64,000 nucleotides of DNA from NCBI GenBank assembly GCA_039621445.1, contig CP154954.1:23572954-23636953 (forward strand). The letters run 5' to 3'. Under the pieces are notes generated by a model. It worked only from the letters and a program-made list of their open reading frames with translations, had not been told where the DNA came from and did no database searches. Origin of the DNA: Euglena gracilis. Lineage: Eukaryota. The translations under genes and the position numbers were made by a program. Positions 1 to 38,002 of this stretch are shown here, in pieces (the first letter of the stretch is position 1; every line of letters begins with the position of its first letter).

Positions 1-690
1 GGGGGCCGGGTTGGACAAATGGCCAACCGGCATGTTATGAATGACAGTCTCAGGAGGGTATGAAACTGACGCAAATTACATAAATCAAATTGAATCAAAA
101 TTTGAGCCAGTTGAAACAGGACGGACGGAACCAGGGTGGTGAAAATTGACAAACCCCAGGGGGTTTGCCCACACTGCAAAGCACTCTGAAACTCCCCTCC
201 CTCTGGTGGGGTGGTGCTTACCTGGTCGTTGACCGGGGAAAAAAATTTGGGAAAATGGCCTTTTCAGGTCTAACCGCGCCACCGGCGCTGGGAGTCATGC
301 AAGTCCCCAAGCACTTTTGGTCTGAACCCTACCCCCCCCCCGGGGTGAGATCTGTGGGCCATGGAGTGCGTGCCCAGGCAGACATCCAAACCCCAAACCA
401 CCCTGCAAGTTGGCACCGCATTGAAATTCGGCCTAGAGGGGAATAGGGCCCTCAAAATTTGGTGCAGTTTGTGTTTTTGGGGGTGTTTACCTGCCAGGAG
501 TGCTTGGAATTTAAGGTGAGAAAATTAGGTATTGGAGATTCGCCTCACGGCAGGTTGGAAAGGTCTGGAAACATAACTCCTTATGGGAAGAGCAGAAAGG
601 AAAAAAAAACAGAGAGAAAGAGGCATGGTATCAACCGGCATATACCTAAGCCTATTCGTTGAAAAGCTTGGTTGGTCCGGGTAAAAACCT

Positions 691-3600
691 GGCCCAGGGG
701 AGCGGTGAACTGGTTCGCGAGGGCGAGGGGTGTCAAAGTTTTCGGCAGCAAGCCTTACCCCGGGGGAGCGGCGGAGTGGTTCGCGAGGGCGAGGGGTGTC
801 AAAGTTTTCGGCAGCAAGCCTGACCCCGGGGGAGCGGCGGAGAGGTTCGCGAGGGCGAGCCCCCCCCCCCCCCTAGAGTGTGGTGTCTGAGAGGGGTCCA
901 TCAGGCTTCTGGCTGGTCTCAATTGATACCGAAATCCTGGGGGGAAAAAAAACAAATGCAGCTTGGTTGGAATGCCCATTCAAAAATTAGACAGCAAGCC
1001 AAAAAAGGGGGAAAAAAACTGCCATGAAAACCATTGTAGCCATCTTCGCCCAAGTTCCAACATAGGTGGTGTTTTACTTTTCGGCAGCAAACCTTACCCC
1101 ATCGCAGCGGCGCAGTGGTTCACAAGGGCGAGCCACCCCCCCCCCTAAAGGGTGGTGTCCGAGACGGTTCCACCAGGCTGCTGCATTGTCTCGACTGGCA
1201 CCAAAATACTGGAAAAAAAAGATTGAGTTCGGTTGAAAGTTTGCGGCAGCAACCTAACCTGGGGTAGCGGCGGAGTGGTTCCTGAGGGCGAGCCCCCCCC
1301 CCCCCCAGAGAGGGTGATGTACGAGAGGGGTTCATCAGGCTGCTGGCTGGTCTCGACTCTTGAACCAAAAAATCCTGGCAAAAAAAATGCAGCTTGGTTG
1401 GAATGCCCATCCAAAAATTAGACAGCAAGCCAAAAAGGGTGGAAAAAAAACTGCCATAAATCATCATAGGGGGTGTCCAAGTTTTCGGCAGCAAGCCTTA
1501 CCCCAGGGCAGCGGCGCAGTGGCTCACGAGGGCGAAGGGTCCCCTCACCCCACAGGAGGTGTACGAGAGGGTTCCATCACGCTGCTGGCTGGTCTAGACT
1601 GGTACCAAAATCTTGGGGGAAAAAATTGAGCTCGGTTGAAAATTTGCGATAGAAACCTCACCTTGGAGCAGCGGCAGAGTGGTTCGTGAGGGCGAGCAAC
1701 CCCCCCCCCCCACAAGCGCGATGTACGAGAGGGGTCCATCAGGCTTCTGGCTGGTCCCCACTCTGGAACCCAAATTATGGGGGAAAAAATTCAGCTTGGT
1801 TGGAATGCCCATCCAGAAATTTGACAGCAGGCCAAAAAAAAAACTGACAGAAAACACCGTTTCAGTCATTATGACCAGCTGCCAACATGGGGGGTGTCAA
1901 AGTTTTCGGCAGCAAGCCTTACCCCGGGGGGGGGGGGGCGGCGGAGGGGTTCGCGGGGGCGGGGGGGGGCAAAGTTTTCGGCAGCCAGCCTTACCCCGGG
2001 GGAGCGGCGGAGTGGTTCGCGAGGGCGAGGGGTTTCAAAGTTTTCGGCAGCAAGCCTGACCCCGGGGGAGCGGCGGAGAGGTTCGCGAGGGCGAGCCCCC
2101 CCCCCAGAGTGTGGTGTCTGAGAGGGGTCCATCAGGCTTCTGGCTGGTCTCAATTGATACCGAAATCCTGGGGGGAAAAAAACCAAATGCAGCTTGGTTG
2201 GAATGCCCATTCAAAAATTAGACAGCAAGCCAAAAAGAAAAAGAAAAAAAAGGAAAAAAAACTGCCATAAAAACCATTGTAGCCATCTTCGCCCCAATCC
2301 CAACATAGGCGGTGTTCAACTTTTCGGCAGCAAACCTTACCCCATCGCAGCGGCGCAGTGGTTCACAAGGGCGAGCCCCCCCACTGAAGGGTGGTGTCCG
2401 AGACGGTTCCACCAGGCTGCTGACTTGCCTCGACTGGCACCAAAATACTGGAAAAAAAAGATCGAGTTCGGTTGAAAGTTTGCGGCAGCAACCTAACCTG
2501 GGGTAGCGGCGGAGTGGTTCCTGAGGGCGAGCCCCCCCCCCCCCCCAGAGGGTGGTGTACGAGAGGGGTTCATCAGGCTGCTGGCTGGTCTCGACTCTTG
2601 AACCAAAAAATCTTGGCAAAAATGCAGCTTGGTTGGAATGCCCATCCAAAAATTAGACAGCAAGCCAGAAAGAAAAAAAAACTGCCATAGAACATCATAG
2701 GGGTGTCCAAGTTTTCGGCAGCAAGCCTTACCCCAGGGCAGCGGGGCAGTAATTCACGAGGGCGAGGGGTCCCCCCCACAGGAGGTGTCCCAGAGGGTTC
2801 CATCACGCTGCTGGCTGGTCTAGACTGGTGCCGAAATCCTGGGGGGAAAAAAAATTGAGCTCGCTTGAAAATTTGCGGCAGCAACCTCACCTTGGGACAG
2901 CGGCAGAGTGGTTCGTGAGGGAGAGCCTCCTCCCAAGAGAGTGATGTACGAGAGGGGTCCATCAGGCTTCTGGCTGGTCTCCACTCTGGAACCCAAATTA
3001 CAAAAAAAAGCACCTTGGTTGGAATGCACATCCAGAAATTTGACAGCAAGCCAAAAACCATAAAACCATAAACCATAAAATAAAAAAACCACAAAACAGC
3101 ATCTGGGGGAGCGGCGGAGTGGTTCGTGAGGGCGAGGGGTGTCAAAGTTTTCGGTAGCAAGCCTGACCCCGGGGGAGCGGCGGAGTGGTTCGCGAGGGCG
3201 AGGGGTGTCAAAGTTTTCGGCAGCAAGCCTTACCCCGGGGGAGCGGCGGAGTGGTTCGCGAGGGCGAGGGGTGTCAAAATTTTCGGCAGCAAGCCTGACC
3301 CCGGGGGAGCGGCGGAGTGGTTCGCGAGGGCGAGGGGTGTCAAAGTTTTCGGCAGCAAGCCTTACCCCGGGGAGCGGCGGAGTGGTTCGCGAGGGCGAGG
3401 GGTGTCAAAGTTTTCGGCAGCAAGCCTGACCCCGGGGGAGCGGCGGAGAGGTTCGCGAGGGCGAGCCCCCCCCCCCCCCCAGAGTGTGGTGTCTGAGAGG
3501 GGTCCATCAGGCTTCTGGCTGGTCTCAATTGATACCGAAATCCTGGGGGAAAAAAAACAAATGCAGCTTGGTTGGAATGCCCATTCAAAAATTAGACAGC

Positions 3601-6600
3601 AAGTCAAAAAGAAAAAAAAAGGAAAAAAACTGCCATAAAAACCATTGTAGCCATCTTCGCCCCAATCCCAACATAGGCGGTGTTCAACTTTTCGGCAGCA
3701 AACCTTACCCCATCGCAGCGGCGCAGTGGTTCACAAGGGCGAGCCCCCCCACTGAAGGGTGGTGTCCGAGACGGTTCCACCAGGCTGCTGACTTGCCTTG
3801 ACTGGCACCAAAATACTGGAAAAAAAAAGATTGAGTTCGGTTGAAAGTTTGCGGCAGCAACCTAACCTGGGGTAGCGGCGGAGTGGTTCCTGAGGGCGAG
3901 CCCCCCCCCCCCCCAGAGGGTGGTGTACGAGAGGGGTTCATCAGGCTGCTGGCTGGTCTCGACTCTTGAACCAAAAAATCTTGGCAAAAATGCAGCTTGG
4001 TTGGAATGCCCATCCAAAAATTAGACAGCAAGCCAGAAAGAAAAAAAAACTGCCTTAAAACATCATAGGGGGTGTCCACGTTTTCGGCAGCAAGCCTTAC
4101 TCCAGGGCAGCGGGGCAGTAATTCACGAGGGCGAGGGGTCCCCCCCCACAGGAGGTGTCCCAGAGGGTTCCATCACGCTGCTGGCTGGTCTAGACTGGTG
4201 CCGAAATCCTGGGGGGAAAAAAAATTGAGCTCGCTTGAAAATTTGCGGCAGCAACCTCACCTTGGGACAGCGGCAGAGTGGTTCGTGAGGGAGAGCCTCC
4301 TCCCAAGAGAGTGATGTACGAGAGGGGTCCATCAGGCTTCTGGCTGGTCTCCACTCTGGAACCCAAATTACAAAAAAAAGCACCTTGGTTGGAATGCACA
4401 TCCAGAAATTTGACAGCAAGCCAAAAACCATAAAACCATAAACCATAAAATAAAAAAACCACAAAACAGCATCTGGGGGAGCGGCGGAGTGGTTCGTGAG
4501 GGCGAGGGGTGTCAAAGTTTTCGGTAGCAAGCCTGACCCCGGGGGAGCGGCGGAGTGGTTCGCGAGGGCGAGGGGTGTCAAAGTTTTCGGCAGCAAGCCT
4601 TACCCCGGGGGAGCGGCGGAGTGGTTCGCGAGGGCGAGGGGTGTCAAAATTTTCGGCAGCAAGCCTGACCCCGGGGGAGCGGCGGAGTGGTTCGCGAGGG
4701 CGAGGGGTGTCAAAGTTTTCGGCAGCAAGCCTTACCCCGGGGGAGCGGCGGAGTGGTTCGCGAGGGCGAGGGGTGTCAAAGTTTTCGGCAGCAAGCCTGA
4801 CCCCGGGGGAGCGGCGGAGAGGTTCGCGAGGGCGGGCCCCCCCCCCCCCCCCAGAGTGTGGTGTCTGAGAGGGGTCCATCAGGCTTCTGGCTGGTCTCAA
4901 TTGATACCGAAATCCTGGGGGAAAAAAAACAAATGCAGCTTGGTTGGAATGCCCATTCAAAAATTAGACAGCAAGTCAAAAAGAAAAAAAAAGGAAAAAA
5001 ACTGCCATAAAAACCATTGTAGCCATCTTCGCCCCAATCCCAACATAGGCGGTGTTCAACTTTTCGGCAGCAAACCTTACCCCATCGCAGCGGCGCAGTG
5101 GTTCACAAGGGCGAGCCCCCCCACTGAAGGGTGGTGTCCGAGACGGTTCCACCAGGCTGCTGACTTGCCTTGACTGGCACCAAAATACTGGAAAAAAAAA
5201 GATTGAGTTCGGTTGAAAGTTTGCGGCAGCAAACTTAACCGGGGGTGGCGGGGGGGGGGTTCCTGGGGGGGGGCCCCCCCCCCCCCCAGAGGGTGGTGTA
5301 CGAGAGGGGTTCATCAGGCTGCTGGCTGGTCTCGACTCTTGAACCAAAAAATCTTGGCAAAAATGCAGCTTGGTTGGAATGCCCATCCAAAAATTAGACA
5401 GCAAGCCAAAAAAAAAAAAAAACTGCCTTAAAAAACTGCCATCTTAAATCATAGGGGGTGTCCACTTTTCGGCAGCAAACCTTACCCAGGGCAGCGGCGA
5501 AGTGGTTCACAAGGGCGACCCCCCCCACAGGAGGTGTCCCGAGGGTTCCACACGCTGCTGGCTGGCCTAGACTGGTGCCGAAATGCTGGGGAAAAAAAAA
5601 TTGAGTCGGAAATTTGCGGCAGCAACCTCCTGGGGTAGCGGCGGAGTGGTTCCTGAGGGCGAGCCCCCCCCCCCCAGAGTGATGTACGAGAGGGGTTCAG
5701 GCAGGCTGGCTGGTCTCGACTCTGGAACTCAAATTAAAAAAAAAACAGCTTGGTTGGAATGCCCATCCAGAAATTAGACAGCAACAAAAAAAAAAACCCA
5801 AAAACACAAACAGCAAACCTTATCCGCAGCGGGCAGTAATTCACGGGAGGGGCGGAGGTGTCCCAGAGGGTTCCATCACGCTGCTGGCTGGCGAGGGCGA
5901 GGGGGTGTCAAAATTTCGGCAGCAAGCCTTACCCCGGGGAGCGAGGGGTCCATCAGGCTTCTGGCTGGCGATGTCAAAGTTTTGGCAGCAAGCCACCCCG
6001 GAGCGGCGGAGTGGTTCGCGAGGGCGAGGGGTGTCAAAGTTTTCGGCAGCAAGCCTTACCCCGGGGGAGCGGCGCAGTGGTTCGCGAGGGCGAGGGGTGT
6101 CAAAGTTTTCGGCAGCAAGCCTGACCCCGGGGGAGCGGCGGAGTGGTTCGCGAGGGCGAGGGGTGTCAAAGTTTTCGGCAGCAAGCCTGACCCCGGGGGA
6201 GCGGCGGAGTGGTTCGCGAGGGCGAGGGGTGTCAAAGTTTTCGGCAGCAAGCCTTACCGTGGGAGAGCGGTGGAGTGGTTCGCGAGGGCGAGGGGTTTCA
6301 AAGTTTTCTGCAGCAAGCCTGACCCCGGGGGAGCGGCGGAGAGGTTCGCGAGGGCGAGCCCCCCCCCCCCCCCAGAGTGTGGTGTCTGAGAGGGGTCCAT
6401 CAGGCTTCTGGCTGGTCTCAATTGATACCGAAATCCTGGGGGAAAAAAAACAAATGCAGCTTGGTTGGAATGCCCATTCAAAAATTAGACAGCAAGCCAA
6501 AAAGAAAAAGAAAAAAAAACTGCCATAAAAACCATTGTAGCCATCTTCGCCCCAATCCCAACATAGGCGGCGTTCAACTTTTCGGCAGCAAACCTTACCC

Positions 6601-7806
6601 CAGGGCAGCGGCACAGTGGTTCACAAGGGCGAGCCCCCCCACTGAAGGGTGGTGTCCGAGACGGTTCCACTAGGCTGCTGACTTGCCTCGACTGGCACCA
6701 AAATACTGGAAAAAAAAAGATTGAGTTCGGTTGAAAGTTTGCGGCAGCAACCTAACCCGGGGTAGCGGCGGAGTGGTTCCTGAGGGCGAGCCCCCCCCCC
6801 CCCAGAGAGGGTGATGGACGAGAGGGGTTCATCAGGCTGCTGGCTGGTCTCGACTCTTGAACCAAAAAATCTTGGCAAAAATGCAGCTTGGTTGGAATGC
6901 CCATCCAAAAATTAGACAGCAAGCCAAAAAAGAAAAAGAAAAACTGCCATAGAACATCATAGGGGTGTCCAAGTTTTCGGCAGCAAGCCTTACCCCAGGG
7001 CAGCGGCGCAGTAATTCACGAGGGCGAGGGGTCCCCCCCCCCCACAGGAGGTGTCCCAGAGGGTTCCATCAAGCTGCTGGCTGGTCTAGACTGGTGCCGA
7101 AATCCTGGGGGGAAAAAAAATTGAGCTCGCTTGAAAATTTGCGGCAGCAACCTCACCTTGGGACAGCGGCAGAGTGGTTCGTGAGGGAGAGCCTCCTCCC
7201 AAGAGAGTGATGTACGAGAGGGGTCCATCAGGCTTCTGGCTGGTCCCCACTCTGGAACCCAAATTAAAAAAAAAGCAGCTTGGTTAGAATGCCCATCCAG
7301 AAATTTGACAGCAAGCCAAAAAACAACAACCATAAAACCATAAACCATAAACCATAAAAATAAAAACCACAAAACAGCACCTGGGGGAGCGGCGGAGTGG
7401 TTCGTGAGGGCGAGGGGTGTCAAAGTTTTCGGCAGCAAGCCTGACCCCGGGGGAGCGGCGGAGTGGTTCGCGAGGGCGAGGGGTGTCAAAGTTTTCGGCA
7501 GCAAGCCTGACCCCGGGGGAGCGGCGGAGTGGTTCACGAGGGCGAGGGGTGTCAAAGTTTTCGGCAGCAAGCCTGACCCCGGGGGAGCGGCGGAGTGGTT
7601 CGCGAGGGCGAGGGGTGTCAAAGTTTTCGGCAGCAAGCCTTACTCTGGGGGAGCGGCGGAGTGGTTCGCGAGGGCGAGGGGTGTCAAAGTTTTCGGCAGC
7701 AAGCCTTACCCCGGGGGAGCGGCGGAGTGGTTCATGAGGGCGAGGGGTGTCAAAGTTTTCGGCAGCAAGCCTTACCCCGGGGGAGCGGCGCAGTGGTTCG
7801 CGAGGG
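691..7806. repeat. Hierarchical tandem repeat array (66-bp monomers within ~1.2-1.5 kb higher-order units)
   Basis: The 66-bp monomer GGGGGAGCGGCGGAGTGGTTCGCGAGGGCGAGGGGTGTCAAAGTTTTCGGCAGCAAGCCT(G/T)ACCCC occurs in short runs. The runs are separated by related ~150-250 bp subunits sharing the same core. Landmark GCTTGGTTGGAATGCCCATTC recurs at ~961, 2192, 3566, 4938 and 6459. Confidence 0.95.
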
Positions 7807-7879
7807 ACAGCGGTGTTCAAGTCGTTGTTGGTCCAGGGACGTTGAGAAAAAGTCAGGTCGAGGACGTTGAGGCGTAAGA

Positions 7880-8500
7880 ATGGTTGTTATGACAGAATTT
7901 GAAAGTTACAAAACCTTGGAATTTGTATGTCCAGAACAAGGTTGCCAATTGCTGTTTGCAAAATATGTGCGTCACAAGGGTTTTGTCGTGATGCCGTTGC
8001 ACAAATGCCTCATTATACCTTTATCTTTTTCTGCGGTGGTGGATGCGGAAAATGAAATTCAACAATACTCAATTGTCGAATTATATTACCAAATTTCTGT
8101 CGTTCGCAATCAAAAAGGAATTTATAATACAGAAAAATCATCATACAATTCTGAATCTGTGCTCACTTCATCAAGCCAGCCTGCACAATTCATCCAGCAA
8201 AATTTTGTGGAAGCCAGAAATTGCCTTTGGTACCAGCTGTGTGAAGGCAGGTAGGGGGCACTGGAAAAATTACAGGACGTCCCATTCGTTGGTCTAGCCC
8301 TGTCAGGCATAAAAGCTAGTTCAATCCCAGGACCCTACTTGCCACCTTACAAAGTACCTGCAAGCGTTCCAGCTTTTCACAGCAGCTGTGTTAACTGCTC
8401 GTTGGTGTGGAGCGGCCCCCATTCCCACTGAGCTTTTTGTATGTGTCAAAGACGACATGACTGTGGGAGGAGATTGCACATGACCCGGTGTGTTTTCTGG
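7880..8500 (+). pseudogene. Possible degenerate Mutator-like transposase fragment
   Basis: AT-richer unique sequence. ORF 7880-8254 contains FVCPEQGCQLLFAKY...FVVMPLHKC, a C-x4-C...H-x-C pattern resembling the MuDR N-terminal zinc finger. Downstream frames are broken. Resemblance by eye only. Confidence 0.25.
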
Positions 8501-8969
8501 CGAGACTTTTGGCATATGGATGTGTGTAGAGGGGTTAAAATGGATGCATGTGTGAGGATGAAATTGTAGGGTGCCTGTTCGTTACAAGAAGACAATGCAC
8601 ATACGAGGAAAACAAGACCCAGCCATTCCGAGGGCCAGAATCAGCAGACAATTAGAGGGTTGGGAGTTGGGGCCTGGGTTGTGGGTTGAGGGTTGGGAGT
8701 TGAGGCTCGGGTCCCAAAATAAAAGGGGGGAAAAAAGACAGAGAAAAGAAGACCACTTAGGTGGGGAGGGTCCACCTCTTCCCAAAATTTTGGCCCGGTT
8801 CGCCACGCCGTCGGCACGTTGACCCCCTCCCGCCACGGGGAGGCTGGGCACCGCTGGGGTCCCGGTGGGAGGGTGCGGGCCAGGAGGGGGGGGGGTGGGG
8901 GGGGACACCCCCCACCTAAACCATGTACGCCCTCCTTATATCGAACCCTGCCCCCCTGGGTGGTATGGG

Positions 8970-10724
8970 GGAGTTGAAATTACTGTAAAAAAATCACTGA
9001 AAGTTACCGTAGATTGCAGGTGTAAGTCATAAATTACGCGAAACTTGCAATGCTAGTCTTTTCGGCCTTCCATCACGTGCAAGTCCCATTAAGAGCTCAG
9101 CACTATTCAAAACCTGGTTTATAGATCCCGGCATTGTTGGTGATAAATCCTACCCTGCGAAATGACCACAAAACCCCCCAAAATTAGCACTTTCTGGCAA
9201 ATTTGGTCAAAAATGGCATTTTTGATGATGGTCGGTCTCAAAAAACTGCCAAAAAATCAGTTTTTGGGTGGTTTGCGGCCGAAAAAATCGTCCCCGGCGC
9301 TTTTCACTTTTCTTCCCCAGGGGGGGATTGATAAGTCCCGGTTTGGTTGGTCGACCGAAGGGGGGGGCTTATAGGTGGGGGGTCGCTGAGCTCTTATCCC
9401 TTTATGGGTAAGAGCGAAGCTTACCCCTTGGGCAAAAGGGGGGTCCAACCCCCCCCCCCCCCGGGCCGGGTCGGGGCCACCTCAGGAACCAGCTGATTAT
9501 CACCATGATCCCGGCTCTGTTCCCGTATTTTATTTTTTTCAGTTGCGAGCGACTGGATTTCTAGTTTCCGAATCACCTCCGTTTGACCCCTAACTCGAGA
9601 AAACACACACTATTTCCGGAAGTGTCTCACTGAAGAAATATACCCATGGAGGCCCTCTATCACCCCCCGTTCACCGTTTTGGCTGCCGACATGCCTGGCC
9701 AGTGTTCCGGTGCGCTTTTGCGGCCCAAAACAGCCATTTTGGGGAGTTTTTTGAGCCGTTTTTTTTCCGGCCAAAAAAAATCGATTTTCCAAAATATCTC
9801 GACAATGAAGCAAAATCAAAGGAAATCTCCGGAGAGCAAAAACGAAATCCTTGGAATGCCCTATCCACTTTTCCCCCAACTTTTCGTGTCGCCTGAGTTA
9901 CCGCCGTTTTTCGGCCAATTTTGGCCCATTTCAGGGCCATTTTGGGGCTGCTTTCGGGGTCAAAAAATCGATGTTTCCAAAATATCTCGGAAATGAAGCA
10001 AAGTCAAAGGAAATGTCCGGAGACCTAATTTGAAGACCTTGGAACGCCCTGTCTAACAGTATTTTGATTTCCCCACAACTCACGGCCTAGCCCGAGTTAC
10101 GGCCATTTTTCGGCCAATTTTAACCATTTTGTACAGTTTTGGCCTGTTTTGACTTTGACTGTTTTCGGCCACTTTAGAGTCAAAAAAGTCGGACAAAAAA
10201 TCGAATTTTTTTTGCCCGAAACGATGATTTTTGTCCTCGCGGACCAGGAAAAACTGTTTTTGAGCCGAAAAAGAGCGGTTTTCGACCCACCAGCGCCCCG
10301 TTTTTGGCCCGAAACCCATGGGTTTCGGGTCAAAAACGGGTCAAAAAATTCGAAAAAAAATCAAAAAAAATTCTGCCCGAAATGATGATTTTTGGCCTCC
10401 CGGCCACGGAAAAAAAATTTTGGGGCCGAAAATGAGCGTTTTTCGATCCCCCAGCGCCCCGTTGTTGACCCGAAACCTATGGAGTTTGGGTCATTTCCGG
10501 GTCAAAAAAGTCGAAAAAAATCCAGGAAAAGGGTTATCGAGGGTATGGGGGGCTCTGTGAGCTCTCAACATTTCAAAAATAACTGCAAAATTACTGAAAA
10601 TTACCGCAAATTGCAGGTGTGTAATTTGTTTATATCACGTTGCGTGAAATTTGTAATGCTAGTTTTTTGGCCATCCGTTACTTGCAAGCCCCATTAAGAG
10701 CTCAGCACTATTCAAAACCTGGTT
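8970..10724. mobile_element. Two same-orientation right ends of a MITE family and intervening repeat DNA
   Basis: Diverged ~150-bp direct repeats at ~8975-9119 and ~10575-10724, both ending CCCATTAAGAGCTCAGCACTATTCAAAACCTGGTT. Confidence 0.55.
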
Positions 10725-10835
10725 GAAAAGTGGGAGGGTGGGGTTTACAGAACATGGCACCAAGAGGCATCGTTTCCCCCCCAAAAATGTGGTCGACCTC
10801 CCTCCACTTCAGCGGGGCTGGAACGGATGGCACAC

Positions 10836-35555
<24,720 letters not shown>

Positions 35556-38002
35556 GCAACATGCGGGCGCGGGGAAGGGCCTGGGGGCCGGGGCGTGGGG
35601 CGTGAAGGGCTGGGGATCTCTCACCCGCCCAGCCAGGAAACAGGCGTGTCACCCCATGGCAAACCGGAATGCCGCATGGAATGGAAAGTAGCAGAGACCT
35701 GGGGAAAATTCGGCATGTGGAAACCAGGCATCAAAAATGTGTTGCAGATATGGAGAAAAAAGTGGGGATTTTCCGTGCGTATTGGGTACACACACATACT
35801 TTGGCACTGAGTGGACATTTTCAGCCACTTTCAGCTGGTTCTGGCCAACTCCACCCCTGGGAGTCTGGGAGTGTCTGGGGCTGGTGTTCACCCCGCCATT
35901 TTTCAGCAGAAGCTCAAAAAAATTTTGGGGCCCCCCCCCCCCCCCCCCCCAATGGGTTCCCCCCCTCCAGCCCCACCCCAAGGTGTGTCTGACCCCTTGG
36001 GGGATGACTGACTGGTTTTTTTCTGAGTGAGTGAGTGAGTGACTACTTTTGGCCCTCTCTGGTTTTTTGATTAGAAACCATTTAATCCGATATGCATGCG
36101 CACTGTGTACACGGACGTGGCTTAAAGACCCCCAGAGGGTCCAGATCAGAGGACGGAGAATTTGGGCTGGCTGGAAAAAGACTGCTGGCTGAGCCCGCCC
36201 CCTCCTGCCTGCGTGGGTCCCAGGGTCACACACTTCCAATCATTCAGAAAATTGATTTTAACCAAAATTTGCCCTGGACAGCCCAACACCAATCCATTTT
36301 ACCCATGTTTTTTGGCACTTCTATTTTCTATTGGGGGCAGGGGTTTCTCATCAACGTCCAGATATCAGTAGATGGATGTTCAACAAATTTTGATTGTTTC
36401 TCTAGGGCAACCCTCGAGCCAGGACTATCCCCCCTGGTTTTGTTCCTTCTCGGCGCCCAAATTAGGAATTTCTCCAACCAATCAATCAGGATTTGCGAAT
36501 GCCAAATCCAAAACATTTGGGGGGGATGTTCGCGAGCACTCAATTGTTAAACAGCGTTAATTGTAGCCATGTTCCAGTTTGGCATTCCTATCATGATATC
36601 AAGAAAGGAGGGTGAGGCATCCTCAGGTTTTCGCAAATGGGAAACGTTAACCCCCCCCCAAATAACCTGGCGGGGTCCTTGCTCCTGGCGGGGGCCGAAT
36701 AATTTGGTGGGGGGAGGGGCAAAAAAGATGGTTCCAGTTACTTGGCACCTCCCCTTTAAGGTAAAAATTCGTTTATGACGCTGAAAAAAAGGGCCCAAAT
36801 TACCTGGCAGGGGGGGGGGGCAGGCCAAAAGTTGGCTCCAATTACCTGGCACCCCGCCAGGTTATTTGGGGGGGGGGGGTTACAGGAGGTGAACATGAAT
36901 GCTGAACCCACTGAGGTCCTTGATTTGACGACCGAGTACGGCACTCCCCCGCATTGGGGCTCGGGATTGGGTGAGGCACGCAGAATTCGACGTTTATGAC
37001 CCAGGCACCAGAAGGACCCACACGTTTTTGTTGGTTTGAAGTGGAGTGGAGGAAGCGAGTTCCGCTTCCTCACCTGACCCCCCCCCCGTTTCTGGGGAGG
37101 TCCATTTTGGGCCGTTTCTGCTGGTTTGATTATTCAAAAAGAACTCTGACTATTTTTGCACCCCGGGAGCAAGAAATCCATTACTATCCAGCTGCAGCTG
37201 CAAAAAGAAAAAAAACTTGTCGTGGGGAGGAGCAGGGATAGATGTGGAAGCCTTGGGAAGGTGGGGGGGGCGGAGCCCTGGGGGGGGTCGGACACGCCCT
37301 CCAACCTCGAAACTGACGTGGGCCCAGAAAACTTTCGGTTTTGTGGACGGACAAAGGGCAGGATCCCAGGCCAAAATTGGTCAAAAATCCCTTTTTTTTG
37401 CTGATTTTCCGGCGTTGTTCCAGAAGCAAAATTTTCGCTATTTTTTTGGGAACCTGCCGAGGAGGGGGTTTCCAGACACCCCCTCCCAACATCTAGGGGG
37501 GGGGGGGAGGTGGTCAGTACCCCCCTACCACCTACCTCAAAACCGAAGGGCTTCTCATCTATTCCTGGGGAGGGGGGTCCATGGCTGCTGGCTGGAAAAG
37601 GGTGCTGGCTGGCTGGATGCCCCAGGGATGGGCCCACCAGGGCTTACGCGACGCCCTGGTGAGGACGCGTATTGTTGAGGAGGTGGGACATCGAGACGAA
37701 ATGCTCTCCCCAATTGTTCTATTATCGGTTCATCTGGGGGGCGGTGCCCAGGGGAATTCCACATAGGTCTTTTAACCCTCCTGTGCGCATCTCACCAATC
37801 CCTGATTGGTGAGCTGGGGGAAAAGGGGGGACTCGCCAATCCGAAAATTTCGGCAGGCAATTCAACGGGGGTTCACAATGCAAACGATGCATCTGCAAGA
37901 CACAGCCAGCGGGCGGATAGACCACTGCGCTGGTGGGCAACTGCAACAAAACAAAGGAGTTGGGACGTCGAAATCGCGCGTGCCGCGGGGCCGGGCGGCG
38001 CG

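Noticed and set aside
691-7806. CRISPR array, tRNA array or snoRNA cluster
   Set aside because: There are no unique spacers or cas genes, no B-box or cloverleaf, and no consistent C/D box pairs.
672-7877. ORFs with a 22-aa repeat (PGGAAEWFARARGVKVFGSKP)
   Set aside because: By-product of a stop-poor 66-bp monomer. They are open in several frames on both strands and broken by homopolymer indels.
36015-36052. TTTCTGAGTG similarity to the Euglena spliced leader (also at ~20890)
   Set aside because: The match is about 10 nt only, lies within a MITE-type repeat, and lacks the rest of the leader and its donor.
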